DNA of 64,000 bases from an uncultured Candidatus Saccharibacteria bacterium (GTDB taxonomy: Bacteria; Patescibacteriota; Minisyncoccia; Phycocordibacterales; UBA2100). Where the stretch lies: positions 7,100-71,099 of the forward strand of contig CAZYLZ010000003.1 in the NCBI GenBank assembly GCA_964648335.1, written 5' to 3'. Below, piece after piece: positions 46,694 through 59,400 of the stretch. Every line of letters starts with the position of its first letter. The stretch's first letter is position 1. Below the pieces are notes generated by a model. That model did not search any database, had not been told where the DNA came from, and saw only the letters and a program-made list of their open reading frames with translations. Position numbers and translations under genes: made by a program.

Positions 46694-49423
46694 GCTATGC
46701 ATCGATCTCGCGGCTCTGCGTCGTTGTTAGTAAATCTCTTCTCATTCGCCATAGTCGCTGGATTGTCACTCGGTGCCAGCGCCTATAGCCACGGCAAGGT
46801 CGCGCTCGGCATCGACGTGCCACAACGCTCGCAGATGACTGCAGCGGCAGATGCGGCATCGTCGCGCGATGGCGACAATGGTCGAGGGGCCAGTGGAGCA
46901 CCAATCCCGAGCGGTGAAGAGATAGGAAAAGCTAGCGATTGTCCTGCAGGAACGACGCAAAACGTCTCGGCTGCCACCGGCGGAGATAATCCTGGTGAGG
47001 TCGCGATAGTGCAAGCGCCCGGCGCCGATCTTAACTCGTGCGTTGTTTCGTGGGATTCGCCCGATGGGAAAAAAATATTTGTCGCCGGAGCTTCGTCGTA
47101 CGCGGGAGCTATCAGTGCCTGTGGTGGCGCTGCGGCAACCACATGTGTTACACAAAAGATGGAAAGTCAGTTTCCAAACGGCGCCGCAAACGGAACTGCC
47201 GAAACGAAGGTAAAAGAGCTCGCTGGCCTTAAGGGATATGCTGCGCCGTCGGATGTTTTGAATGATGCGTTTGGTGTAGGTGGCTCCGAGGCGAAGGCTG
47301 CAGTGGAGAAAGAAGTCGAGAACAATCTTAAAGCGCTCGAGGCATATACCAATAAGACGATTAGCGCGACCGACGACAAAGACAAAGAAAGGCTTGGGTT
47401 AGGCACGGCCAACCTCGAGACGCTTAAAGAGTCGGTCGGCCGCATCCCAGCGGGGGACAGTCCGTTCAAAACCGACCTGCAGAATGAGCGATTAAATACA
47501 ACACCTGCGGGCGAGACTAAAACCAATCCGATAGGTAATACGTTCGGATCTCATCGTGCTGATGAACAGACTTCGATGGAAGCTCTCGATCGTTACAATT
47601 CAAAAAAGGAACTCGCGGGTACGTTCGGTGCTAAAGAGGCCGCTCTACAGATTGCGCGCAACGCATACGATGCCGGATTGCGAAACGATCTCACTAACGA
47701 CGAGATCTCTGCGCTTGCGAGGGATAAGGCAAAGGCAGAAAGCGAATATGAAGCCGCACTTAAGGCTAAGAATGAGCTAGATGCATCGAATAAAGAAAAT
47801 GCGTTGGCTAAGGCAGGTCCGTGCACGGCAGGTTGGCCGGCATGTGCTATTCGCGAAAACATCGTGAACCCCATACGGCAATTTATTGGGTGGGCACCTA
47901 TCCAAGAAACGCCCGGTGCTGGCGGCGTAAAAACTGAAACCGCAGTTGCGGGCGCTGCGACAACAAATACGGTTCCAACTACGCGCGAAACTGTCTCGAA
48001 TTCCGTAAACCCTGCCGATGCCTTTAAGGGCAACGAAAAACTTATCGCTGATTCCGATGAGCGACTCCATGCGGCGGTCGAAGGATATACGAAGGATGTA
48101 CCCACGGTGAGTGATCGCGACCACGATAAGGCATATGTCGAGAGTTGGGAGGCGCGCAAGGCGTATATCAACAACCTCGAAAAAACGCTTGCCGACCCCA
48201 AGACTCAGGAAGCGGGCAGCGCAGAAATTGGAAGAAAGCTCGATGCCGCACGAGCAGATTTAAAAGAGTTCGAAGGTCAGTTCAAGAAGGGGGCAGGGAG
48301 CCCTGGGGGCGCAGAAGAACTCCAGGCAATGAAGGATAGTCTGGGTGAACAAGCAGCTGCTGATAAAAAATCAGCAGACGATGCAGAGGCAGCGCGAAAG
48401 CGCGCCGAGCAAGAGGCTGCAGACCGCAGTCGCGTCGGGGGTGGAAATGGTGGCGGAGGGAGCGGAGGCGGGGGTGCAAATAAAAGTATCGCAGATGTGT
48501 TGAGTGGACTCATGGGTGGCGGGCAGAATTCGGCAGAGTGCGAGGCCGCAAAGTCGCAGTGCAGCGCAAATAGAAGTACGGCTGCGTGCCAAAAGGTTGC
48601 GCAGTGCCAGTCGCAAAGCAGCAACCCACTCTCGCAGCTCGGACAGATGCTCGGTAAAGCATTGGGCGGCGGTGGAAGTAGCGGGAGTGCCGCACAACCC
48701 GGTAGTGTTGCAGCGAATGCGGCGTGCAATGCGTATCCAGGAACGACGCTTACGAACGGGCAGTGTGCGTGCCAGCAGAGCGGCTACTCGTTCTACCAGG
48801 CAGGGACGACGCTTAACGGCGCGCCCGTACCGACATCGGGGTGTTACGCACCATCGGTTGCAGCTGGAACCAATCCTGGCGGGCAGACGCCTGTTGCCAC
48901 CATCTCGTGCGCAACAAATGCCGCAGATGTCGGTATGACGATTCCAGTCTCGTGGTCGTGCCAGAATTCGGTCACAGCGCGCGTCGACGGATTTACTCCC
49001 GCAGCACAAGAATTGGCACAGCTCTCGGGCTCGAGCCAAGTTACTGTCGCCAAACCAGCAAGCGGATCAAGCGTCGACTACACGGTCACGTGCATTAATC
49101 AGGGACAGACCGACGTAAAAAAGTGCACGGTCGCGATAGGTCAGCCTGGTCTTGCAATTGTTGCCATTCCCGACCGGCCCGAGGTAGGTAAGACGTCAAT
49201 CATCGGATGGTACTCGACCGGCATGAGCTCGTGCAGTATCAAGGGAGGAAGGATGAAGGGAGGTACCGGATCTCCAATCGACGAATTTACCAAAGAGGGG
49301 ACGAGCGGGTCAATAACCTTGCCACCCATAGAAGACGGCGATGTTTTCGAGGCAGGGCTTGCCTGCGTAAGTACGAGCGGACAGACAACCACCAAAGGAA
49401 TCGAGATAAGGCAGAAACAATAG
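46694..49423 (+). CDS. large secreted coiled-coil/Gly-rich protein with C-terminal tandem Ig-like domains (family-related)
   Basis: Signal/TM (LLVNLFSFAIVAGLSLGASA); long Lys/Glu/Ala coiled-coil region; Gly-rich (GGGNGGGGSGGGG; LGKALGGGGSSGS); C-terminal ...TIPVSWSCQNS...VTCINQG... β-sandwich repeats resembling C-termini of the 36782, 38123 and 50452 proteins. Start could be 46640. Confidence 0.6.
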   Translation, partial: AMHRSRGSASLLVNLFSFAIVAGLSLGASAYSHGKVALGIDVPQRSQMTAAADAASSRDGDNGRGASGAPIPSGEEIGKASDCPAGTTQNVSAATGGDNPGEVAIVQAPGADLNSCVVSWDSPDGKKIFVAGASSYAGAISACGGAAATTCVTQKMESQFPNGAANGTAETKVKELAGLKGYAAPSDVLNDAFGVGGSEAKAAVEKEVENNLKALEAYTNKTISATDDKDKERLGLGTANLETLKESVGRIPAGDSPFKTDLQNERLNTTPAGETKTNPIGNTFGSHRADEQTSMEALDRYNSKKELAGTFGAKEAALQIARNAYDAGLRNDLTNDEISALARDKAKAESEYEAALKAKNELDASNKENALAKAGPCTAGWPACAIRENIVNPIRQFIGWAPIQETPGAGGVKTETAVAGAATTNTVPTTRETVSNSVNPADAFKGNEKLIADSDERLHAAVEGYTKDVPTVSDRDHDKAYVESWEARKAYINNLEKTLADPKTQEAGSAEIGRKLDAARADLKEFEGQFKKGAGSPGGAEELQAMKDSLGEQAAADKKSADDAEAARKRAEQEAADRSRVGGGNGGGGSGGGGANKSIADVLSGLMGGGQNSAECEAAKSQCSANRSTAACQKVAQCQSQSSNPLSQLGQMLGKALGGGGSSGSAAQPGSVAANAACNAYPGTTLTNGQCACQQSGYSFYQAGTTLNGAPVPTSGCYAPSVAAGTNPGGQTPVATISCATNAADVGMTIPVSWSCQNSVTARVDGFTPAAQELAQLSGSSQVTVAKPASGSSVDYTVTCINQGQTDVKKCTVAIGQPGLAIVAIPDRPEVGKTSIIGWYSTGMSSCSIKGGRMKGGTGSPIDEFTKEGTSGSITLPPIEDGDVFEAGLACVSTSGQTTTKGIEIRQKQ

Positions 49424-49489
49424 GGACGGTTGGAAAAAGAGAGTCCCTGTGGCATAACGGGGGCAGGAAGTCTCAGAAAGGAGCACTCG

Positions 49490-49957
49490 ATGCGAATCTT
49501 CATATGCATGCTCTGCCTGTTCGCGACATCAGCGAGCGCTCGGACAGTAAGTCTGACCGAAATCCTCGCGTATCACGGCGTCATTCGTGACAAGACAAAA
49601 ACGGTCGAGAAATGGTACGAGCGCGAACTCCATATGCGCCCGATACGGTTTTTGGTAACCAATGAGAACGGTGTTCTCGAGTGTAGCGTCACGCGCAACG
49701 ACGTGTACCTGGTAGATCGGCCGGGGCAAGAGCAAAAGCAAATGGTCCGGGCGACGTATCAGATTTTCGACAGCGGATGCAAAGGAAAAGCGACCAGAAT
49801 CACTATCAAGTTTCGAGGGCCCGGTGCTATCGAGACCGATGAGTGGCTCCGGAAAAATTTTCAGACCGTATACGCGTCCTACATCGAGTACATCACCCAG
49901 CTCGAACGGGAAGACGTCATCGACAGGAACGCGAGTAGGTACATCACCCGCTGGTAA
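49490..49957 (+). CDS. small secreted hypothetical protein
   Basis: Signal peptide MRIFICMLCLFATSASA from an internal Met; no recognisable domain. Confidence 0.4.
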   Translation: MRIFICMLCLFATSASARTVSLTEILAYHGVIRDKTKTVEKWYERELHMRPIRFLVTNENGVLECSVTRNDVYLVDRPGQEQKQMVRATYQIFDSGCKGKATRITIKFRGPGAIETDEWLRKNFQTVYASYIEYITQLEREDVIDRNASRYITRW

Positions 49958-50134
49958 TGTAAGCGACGGCAGGAAAACCCTGCCGTCTTTGTTTTAAGCC
50001 AAAAAAGAGGCGTCATCTTTTTCATGAACCTTTCACCACAAGGGAATATGCTGAGAACTGGACAAAAGTACGATAAGACGGTATAATGGGACTCAGTTAA
50101 TTTCGACGACGGCAAACAAAAAAGGAGATTTGCC

Positions 50135-50341
50135 ATGCTCACTAAAATCTGTGCGGCATTTGCTCTGGTTGCCGTCGCTACGGCGGCTCCCGCAGCAACA
50201 GCGCCGACCCGGCTCGTTGGACACATTCCCGTGTGTTCCGGCTCGCCCAAGGTCTGTGTGCAGACCGCAGTCAACTTCAAGGTCGTTCCGACTCCTGTAG
50301 CGCAAGTCCTTCGGGATTTTGCGGTCATGGATGAGGAGTAG
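50135..50341 (+). CDS. small secreted peptide (68 aa) upstream of the giant gene
   Basis: Strong AAGGAGA Shine-Dalgarno 6 nt upstream of the ATG; signal peptide MLTKICAAFALVAVATAAPAATAP; own terminator downstream. Confidence 0.5.
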   Translation: MLTKICAAFALVAVATAAPAATAPTRLVGHIPVCSGSPKVCVQTAVNFKVVPTPVAQVLRDFAVMDEE

Positions 50342-50347
50342 ATCGAG

Positions 50348-50374
50348 AAAGCGCGCACCCCGGTGCGCGCTTTT
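50348..50374 (+). terminator. rho-independent terminator
   Basis: GCGCGCAC-cccg-GTGCGCGC hairpin followed by TTTTGTT. Confidence 0.65.
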
Positions 50375-50451
50375 GTTATGCAAAAAATATCGGCAGCTTT
50401 GCACACCAAAGCGCACAATAAAAACGCCTGCGGGCTATATCATTAGGGCAC

Positions 50452-53400
50452 ATGCGCCGCATACCGCAGGTCTTTTCTGCTTACGTCTTTATCATCGCCT
50501 GTGCGACTGTGATCACGGCGGTATCACTCTTGCCGCTTAGACTTGGTGCTGAGGTCGGGACTGCAAACTGCGCCGCGGGCTATGTAGAGGTGAATGGTGC
50601 CTGCAAGCCAGCGCAAGAGAACGAAAATGTAGGACAGACCAATGGTACGGATTCAAAAACAACTACTTCAAAAACGAACACTACAGATACTACTCATTGT
50701 GATCTCACTACATTTCAAGCTGCAGTAGGCGGATCACAGTCATGTTACGAACCCGGTGTGATCGGCGGAAAAAGCGGTCAGTGCAGTCCGCCGCCAGGAG
50801 CAGCTACCTGCGCCTCGCTAAAAGAGTCCGCCATCAACGCGATGGGGGGAGGTGGAGTAGGTGGCAGTGTACCCACAAAGCCCGAAGATATAATCTTCGG
50901 CCCCGAAACGCCGGTGCAGTCATCGGGGCAGGTCATTCCCAACTCGGGCCAGCAGGCTCCTCTCGAAGTAGTAAATACCAAGGTGGTGAATACTCCGAGC
51001 GCGCTCGACCGACTTGAGTCCATGCTCGGCCTCGGCGAAAACGGATCGGGAGACAAGCCGACGACGCTCTTGCCGGGACCGGCCTCAGCAAACTTGTCCG
51101 ACTACACCAAATTTACTCCGTACGACAACGGTGCTCCGCAGTTCGACATGGCATCGGTGCGCGCTGCGCGTGCGGGCGATGCGTTTTACGACGGCGTCAT
51201 GTCGAACCTGTTCAATAATCTTGATTCTCTACCGATGCAGTTTACGCCGCCGAACGTTGGCGACGTTTTAAGTGGAAGAATATTCGGACCACCGAGCACG
51301 TTTGCTCCTGTCGGTACCGCAGGGTTCACGCCGACGCCGGGGACAGGTATGGCACCGGGGCAGAATCTTGTTTCGCGGTCGGTTCCAACCAGTAATGTTC
51401 CAAATCCGCTCCAAAGTGCATACGACCGACTGACCAATCCGTTTTCTTCCTCTCCGCTTGCAGGGACAGCAGGCCTGCCAGGTGCACTTTTGGCGCAGAT
51501 GTCGCCGTCTGGTCTTGCTAGCCTTACTCCGTCGCAACAGGCTACTTTGCAAGAGCAACTCGCGCGGTATCAAGAACAGCAGCCACAGAACACCGTCTTC
51601 ATGACGACCGACGCGGCAGGGCGACCGGTGCTTGCTCCGACTCCTGATTCTTTGACGCAGCCGCTTACGAGCGACCCATTTGCAGGAGAGAGTGCTGCGC
51701 TTGCGCGACTCGCCAACGGCGACAACCTCCTCGATCCAAACACCCCTGTGATTCCCGGGACGACACCGAGTGATTCGCTCAAGGGTATCGTCGAGGTGAG
51801 TGCAGCAACCCCATTGACCCCTGACGGCGCGTCGCTTGTGTCGACCGAAGACGTGCGTGATGCATTCCAACGAGGAAATTTCGGTGAGGCAATTGCAAAG
51901 GCAGGAGAGGGGATGATCGAGTCTACACAGCGTCTCTTGGCTTCGATAGGGCAGGGTTCTATAAAACTAATAGGTTTGGGAGCCGTAGAAAATACCATGC
52001 AGTCCGTTTCCGATGCTCTGGGGTTTTCGGGCACGGGCGGCGTCGACACACTTGCGGGCAGTGGGCAGGACGATATCCCGACAGGGGACATCGTCTATAC
52101 CGATGCAAATAACAACGACCAAGGGACGCCGGGTGCACCGTCGGGAATTCCGGCACAGGCAACACCTGCATTGAGTCAATCCGAGAAAAATGCGCTTGCC
52201 GAGTACCAACAGGCACAGACCGCGGCGAACGATGTTGCCAACAGTACCGACGAACAAGTAAAAGCAGATGCGGCCGTCGCAAAGGCACAGAGTGCTCTCG
52301 AAAAATCGGGCATCGATCCGGAGACCGGTCAGAAGGTGGTCGAGACGAAACCGTTTAGTCCCGAGAATAATCCAGAACTCGGTGGGTCTAAGGAGCGTGC
52401 TGATGCGCTTAAGGACACAAATAAGACGACGACCGTCACGTATTGTGATCCTCCAAATTCCGATTGTACGAGGTTCAGGAATGTTGAATACCGGACTGAG
52501 GCGGAGGCGAAAGTTGCCGAGCAGGCTAACAAAACCGCAGAGTCGCTCGACCGTGACGTAAAGAGCATACAAGCAGAACAAAAAGCGCTCGCCGATGCAC
52601 GTACGTGGGATCAAAAGGCGCGTGATCTTTTGCCCGACAGCTTGCGACCGGCGCCGAGCAAAGATTACCTTATCTGCAATGACGCAGACTGCACTAATCC
52701 AAAACAGGCTACCTACAACGAGTACAAAACCGCGACCGATCAGCAAATCGAGAGCCTTAAGGCAGCAGAGGCAGTAGAGAAATCAAAAGCCGCCTATATA
52801 GAGAATGGACTGCCATCGTCTGACAAGGTGGCCGAGAAGCTCTCGGGCGCGACTCTTGATAACCAGCCGCAGCGGACCTACTACGATATGTTCGGTAATG
52901 AATATCGCAATGCCGAGGCGGCGAAGGGTGCCGATACTATTGCGCTCAATAACGAGTCACGTGCAGCGGCAATCAGCGGCACCGAAAAATCAGTGAGTGA
53001 CATGGAAGCTCAAAAGGCGAAATATGATGCCGACGTCCAGGCGCAGATCGATGCGGGGAAGATCAAGCAGGCGGACCCCTTTGTGGTCACCGTCAACCAG
53101 AATGGGAAGGAGGTCAAAATGTCGTTCGAAGAGTACAGGGCGCAGGCTGCAGCTAGCGTCGACGCGATGAAGCAGGAAATCGCCGATTCGAGTAAGGTGG
53201 CGCAAGATCTTAAACAGACCTTTGCACCACGTCCGGGCGACGGACCCTCGGTGCCACCAATAAGCGAAGAGGCAAAGATGCGAGACTTGGCCGAGCGGAA
53301 ACTAGAAGAGACCGCGGTGCTTAAAGCGGTCGAGGCTAAGACGAACCAAGACAAGGAGTTCGCTGCAATCGCCAAGCTTACCGATGCGCAGCGAAGAGAC

Positions 53401-56400
53401 CAGGCTCCGCAGATAGAGGCGCGTCTTGCACAGGCTGCCAAGGATGTGAATGCATACACGACGAAGGCACAAGAGTTGGCTGGTGTCGTGCCGCAGACGC
53501 AAGAGACGAAGGATGCTGTCGCCGCTGTGGAGCGTGTGCTTACCCAGGGTACGACACAGCTCGAGCGCAACATTGCCGGTCTCAAAGACTGGGGTAAGGA
53601 CATGACAGGACCTGTCGGGTTCATGGTGAGGTCTATCGGCGGAAGTCTCGGAAACGCGACAGAGCTGGTTACGAGTTATCTTCCGAATCAGCCCGCGCAG
53701 GTGGTGATAGGAAAGATGTTCGATACGAATCCCGAATTCACCAAGTTCATAACGCCGGTCAAGATCGCAGGCGAGCTCGTTAACGTGGTGAGCACGCCGT
53801 TGTTGCTCTCGTCACCAAGCCGTGCGATGGTCGAGAGTGCTCTTGCCTCGCAGCTTGAGGCGCGTACGGCCGCGCTCACATCCTCGCCGCTCATCTCTGC
53901 TCCATCGACCGCTGCCGCTACCGCCGACAGTGCGCTTGCGCGCGCTGCCGCTGTCCGTGCCGAGATTATGGATGCCGGTATACAGGCGCGCTTTGGGGCT
54001 CCAGTGGGTACGACCCCGGTAGTTGTGGAGTCGCGTCTGGCTCCTATTGCGTCGGTAGACGCGGCAGGAAATGGAGTGGTGCGCCTCGAGCCTGTCGTTA
54101 CCGCATCGTCGCGTGCCGAAGGTGCTGTTGTTGCGGAAGGACTCCCGGGTGCACGAGCAGGAGTGGGAGAGGTGGTCGGCGGCGGTATCGCTCGCGAGAT
54201 TACGGCAGCAGATATTGCAGCCAAAGCACCGGTTGCCGATTCGGCGTTCGGGCGCGTAGCACAGACCATAAAAGAAGCGGGTGGCCCTGACTTGCTCGGT
54301 CCGGCATGGAATAAGGCCGTGGCACCCGTAGAGACTGTAGTTTCGGGCGTCGAAGCAGCAGGTGCTTCGGCAGCACGACGCATCGATAACGCGGTTGCCG
54401 ATGCATACAAATTTATGAACGGTTCGTATCCGCCGGGCAGCTTTCGTGCATTTGAGGCGCAATTTCCGGCAGCAGAGAGGGCGGGGGTGAGTGCCGCCGT
54501 CGACGCCAATGCGGCGCTCGGCAGGACGCTCTCTGGCGAGGCAAAATCTGCCATCAGCGGTTATGAATCGGCTGCAGCGCAGGCAGCTGCCGAGCGTGCA
54601 CGTATGGAAGCAGCGACTGCCGCCGGACGTACGGCGACGGCTCGTGCCGAGGTGCAAGACGCACTAGCGGCTGCACGTGCCAGGCTCGAGCAGGCAGGAT
54701 TAGAGCCGGTGGCGGCAGATAGTCTCGCGGTGAGAACAAGACCGCAGGTCGTGCCGACGGTAGTGGAGTCAGGTGCTACCGTCGCCGAACTTCAAAAAGG
54801 AGTTGCGCTCGATGCAGCTGCTACAGCCAAAGCAGTACCTGTCGAGAATGTGTCAAAAGCCAATGCTGCGCTTGCCGATACGGTTGCAGCTGCTGACAAA
54901 GGCGCTGCCGCCCGGGCGATCAAGAATTACGAAAGTGCTCAGGCTGATTTTGCAAAACTTGCGCGCGAGAATCCGAGCTCGAGCGCGCTCGATGCATCGG
55001 CTGCACGCATGCGCTCTGCTGCGCAAGACCTCGCCAAGTACGACCTCGAGCCCGCGACAGCCGGTTCGAAGGTGCTACAGAAGAGTATCGTTCCACAAAA
55101 GGACATCGTGACGCTCACACAGATAGAGAAGGATGTGAGTCAGGCGGTAAGCAAAGGTGACTACGCGAAGGCCTACGATGCGCTTCAGAAAGAGCGGCCG
55201 GCGCTCGCGATGGGAGACAACTCGCAGGCGTACCTCTTGTCGCCGTCGGGCCGCGCCCGCATCGAGCTTGAGAACAGATTATTTAATTACACAAATGAGG
55301 TAGCGCAAGGGATACGGATGGAGAATGCGCTTGCAAAAGCGGAACTGGTCAATGTTGAAGCGGCAGCAAAGGCACAGCCAACGAGTTTCTCGACGAATAT
55401 TTCAAACGCGATAGCCGCTTGTTCCAAAGGTGGCTCGTGCGACCCGCGCATCCTGCTCACCAAGTCGCTCCCAAGTCCCGCACGGCTCTTGAACGGCGCA
55501 GTCACGGCAAGCATCGCGTTTCAGGCGCTGGCACCAACTGTTCAGGTGGCGCGCATGGTCGAAACTGGCGCTGCACGAGTAGCTGTAGTCTCGACTAAGG
55601 CGGCAAGTACGCCATACCTATATGGAAAGCTCGCCCCGGTCGTTTCGACAGACGCAGCGCGTGTCGCGTCGATAAAATCGGCAGTGACACCTGCACAGCT
55701 GGCGCAGTCGTATCGGATTCTCGCGTCGGTTCCCGAGGTAAAGGCGGCAGTAGCGTCACCCTCGGTACCGGCGGCGCAGGCAGCGGCAAGTCAGGCGACC
55801 GCAGTAGGCGACTACGCAACAAAGGTCGGATCTGCACTTAAGAGTGCCGGACTCGAGGCGACTCCCTTGGCGCAGACGATGGCACAGGTAGCGCGCGATC
55901 CGGCGCTTGCTCTGGCCGAGACTGCTCCGGTGCGCGCAGCACTTGCCGATGCAACTGCTCAGGCGCGAGCTGCGGCGATTGCTGCTTCGGCGGCAGGGAC
56001 TGCGAGTGTTGCGCCAGTTCCCGCGACACCTGATTTCAGGGGGCTCAACGCAACGGCTCCGGTGATAGCCGAGGTTCTTGCACAACAGGCGTTTCTTTCA
56101 GACCGGGGTCCGACTCTCTTCGAGAAACAACAACCAACAATACTCGGCTCGGCAGCAGAATTTATTAATCAAGTGGTCGGCATCACGCCTGCTGTTGCGC
56201 AGGGCCGCGACATTTGTGCAGGAAACAACTGCGGCGGGCATAAGTATGTCGGACAAGCGATGGAAAAAATTCGGTCAGTGCTTGGGTATGCACCAGGGGA
56301 AATGGGGGTACGTATAGGGAATGGCGGTGAGCGCTACGCCACATATGCAAATCTCGGCGAATGGCTTGCAGCCGACATAATCAAGCGTCAGGCATATGTG

Positions 56401-59400
56401 ACGCAGCTCGGAAAGGATGTGCTTTTGGGGAACGATACGAATAGGAGTCAAGATGCGGCGTGGGCTGTTCCTGATCGTGATCATGCGCAACCAGTCGCGG
56501 TTTTGCGACAGCAGCGTTTGAATGCGTTCGCGAAATCGGGCCTTACGACAGAAGAGGCGACGACGCCATTTACCGCAAATGACATAGATAGGATCGAGAA
56601 GATCTCTATCGCGACGGCCTGTGCTGAATATTCTAAGTGCAGTCCCGACTTTATTCCGCAAGCAGAGCGTGACCGCGCACGGCAGATATTGGCCCGAGCA
56701 GGTATTATTTCGCCGCAACAGACTGTTTCTGCTCCGTTAAGTGTGGCCGAGAAGCAAGTTGCGCAGAACGCGATCACCAATGCACAGGCTGCGGGTATGC
56801 GCATCCCAACGGCAGTGGCACAGGCACTCACGCCGTGGGCATTCCAAGAGCGACGCGCGGTCCTTGAGGGGCAGCGCATCATAAGTGAGGTCGCGCAGAA
56901 TCCGGCCCTTACCAATCCTGCTGCGCATGCGCAATACACCGCTCTCGCTCAAAGCGGCGGAGCAATACAGATTCCCGGTGCCGCCGGACAGACTATCTAT
57001 CTTCCAGGTTCAGAATTCTCGTCGGCGGTCCCGTCTCGTCAGTACCTGGTGATGCATCACCAGGCAGGTATGAACGCACTTAATCGCGCGACCCAGTATC
57101 ACACGGGTGCGGTAAATGTCGGCACTCGCTATTGGATTAAACAGAATGGGGACATAGTGGTGGCCCGAAGGGACGGGACTATCGAGGCGCATATCGGACA
57201 GATTGGCCCAAGCGATCTCGATGGGAGAAAGATTGTTTCAGCGAATAATGCAAACGCGACCGGTATTGAGTTCGAGGGATACGGTTATAACACGGCCGAG
57301 CAGATGCAGAGTGGTGTCGCACTTGCTCTTTTCTTGCAGACGCGTCATAGCATTTCCCCGGACCGCGTCATACCGCATCTTAAAGACACGGATCGCCAAG
57401 AGGGGGTGGCGATGACACAGGTGATGCGGACCATCGCATTCGTGCCACACAAAGCAGAAGAGCAGTTTGCAAAAATCGCCCAAGTCTTGCAAAAGGGAAT
57501 CCAAGGTATCGTGCAGGCAGCAGGGCAGAATGCTGCGACCTTGGCAGCAAAGATACAAGGCATCCAAAAGACCCTAAGGACTGTCTCGACTCCGTTTTCC
57601 GATTCCGCCGTAAGTAAGACGGCCCTTGCCCAGCCCATGTTTGCTACTCGAAGCGGTCCGCAATTGGGTGCTGTGCCGGCTGCCGAGGCAGGCGCAGTGC
57701 GAGCCGCACCCGCAGCGGCAGGCGCCGCTGCGGTCGTACCGTCTGCACTGGCGGTGACCGAAGCGCTTGCTAAGGCTTCGGCGGCAAGTGACGCGTACAA
57801 GCAGGCAGCAACGGGCTTTGTCCGTGCAGTCGAGAGTGGCGATCAGTCGCTCCTCAACTCTATCAATGCGCTCTCGAAGGCGTCAGACACCGCATACACC
57901 GAAGCATTTGAGGCGGCGCGGACGTACCTTGTCGAAGCAGGCGCTACAGACGCAGTAGTCGCTGCCAAAGCAAAGGCACTCAATGAAAGAGCGGTGTCGG
58001 CCAAAGCCAAGCTCGCATCTGACACAGCTTCCCTTAAGCAGAAAAATGCGCAATTGGCAGAGTATGTCGGCGCCTCGGACGCTCATGCCGCAGCGATGCG
58101 CGACATCATAAGCGAGGCGAAGGACCTCGTTGCGAAATCGCCAAGCTCGGGCATATCGCAAGTGCGTGTCACGACGGTACCAGTCTTGCCTGTCACCGAA
58201 AAGATTTCACCTCCGTCGAGTCTCAAGTTTCGTACTGGATCGAATATAAATCCAGAACAAGCCAGAGCATATCTCGCGACGGACGCTTCGATGATTCTCG
58301 GGGGAGATCCGAGTAGCGAAGGGTGGGATGCGCTCGCGAAAGCGGTCAAAGATTCAGGTGGCAGATTGCATATGTACGACTTCGGTCCTGGAGGTCCGAC
58401 TAACGGCGTTATGACCGTCGCAGAGAGCTCCGAGCAAGCAGCTAAGGCGCGCGAGCTTGGTCTTGCGCGTGATCAATGGCTCGCTGGTACATGGAACGAA
58501 GGAAAACCAACTGGGTGGCTCAAATCTTCGACCGATAGGATTGCCAAGTATCAGCCGTACTCGGTCGAATTCGACAACCTCGACAGGCTTCCGTGGCTGC
58601 GAAATGACGGCGCTGCCACCGTTTCGTTCTTCAAAGAATATCAAAAGTGGGCAGATGCGAACGGTGTCGCGACAAGGGTCATACTCAAGAACCTGGATCA
58701 AGTACAGTGGCAGGCGCTGGCGGGATCGATACGCTCTGGCGAACTTCGCGGTTCGACGTTCGCTAACATCGCGATAAACGAGGGTACTCTCGTCGCGGCT
58801 CCCGTCGCAAAAGCAATCGGAATAACGGAGGTGCGCACGACCGACAGCGGAAACTACCCGACGCCGAACGATTTGAGGTCGGACCCAGCTGCCAATGCGA
58901 TCTACGCTGCGTACCCGACCGCTGAGTCATCAGTAGGTGTGCGCACCGCGGGTGTGGGCAAGGTAGACGGCTTCGATCTCGCGCAAGCGACAAAGGCAGG
59001 GGTCAAACTTTCACTCGACCCACATGTTTTATCGACAGCTTCCGAGGAGGTTCCGTTCAAGATCGTGTATACCGATCCCGCTAGCAAACTCACTGCAGAC
59101 CTCACGATGGCCGACTATGCGCGCCTAACGCCGTCGGGCAGGAAAGAGGTGCAGATGGTAGTGACCGACGGGAATGGCAAAGCGCAAGCGCTTTCTCCTG
59201 CTGCGTTCGACGAATACATGAGCGCCAAGTTCAGTGTAGGACAGTCTGGCAACGCCGTGGCACAGCTCAAGAGTGACATTGAAAAGCTGACTGGAGTGAA
59301 GGCTACCGACATGAAGCCGCTTACGGGCAAAAATGCAACTACCGTGCACTCGAGCGAAGCAGGTAAGTACTCGGCGGTGGCAACCTATCGAAGTGGGGAT

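Noticed and set aside
53010-54657. Several long minus-strand ORFs (204-288 aa) inside the giant gene (53010..53624, 53688..54554, 53812..54657)
   Set aside because: Antisense to a strongly supported coding frame in an Ala-rich, GC-rich low-complexity region (GCN codons read as open frames on both strands). No start context or motifs.
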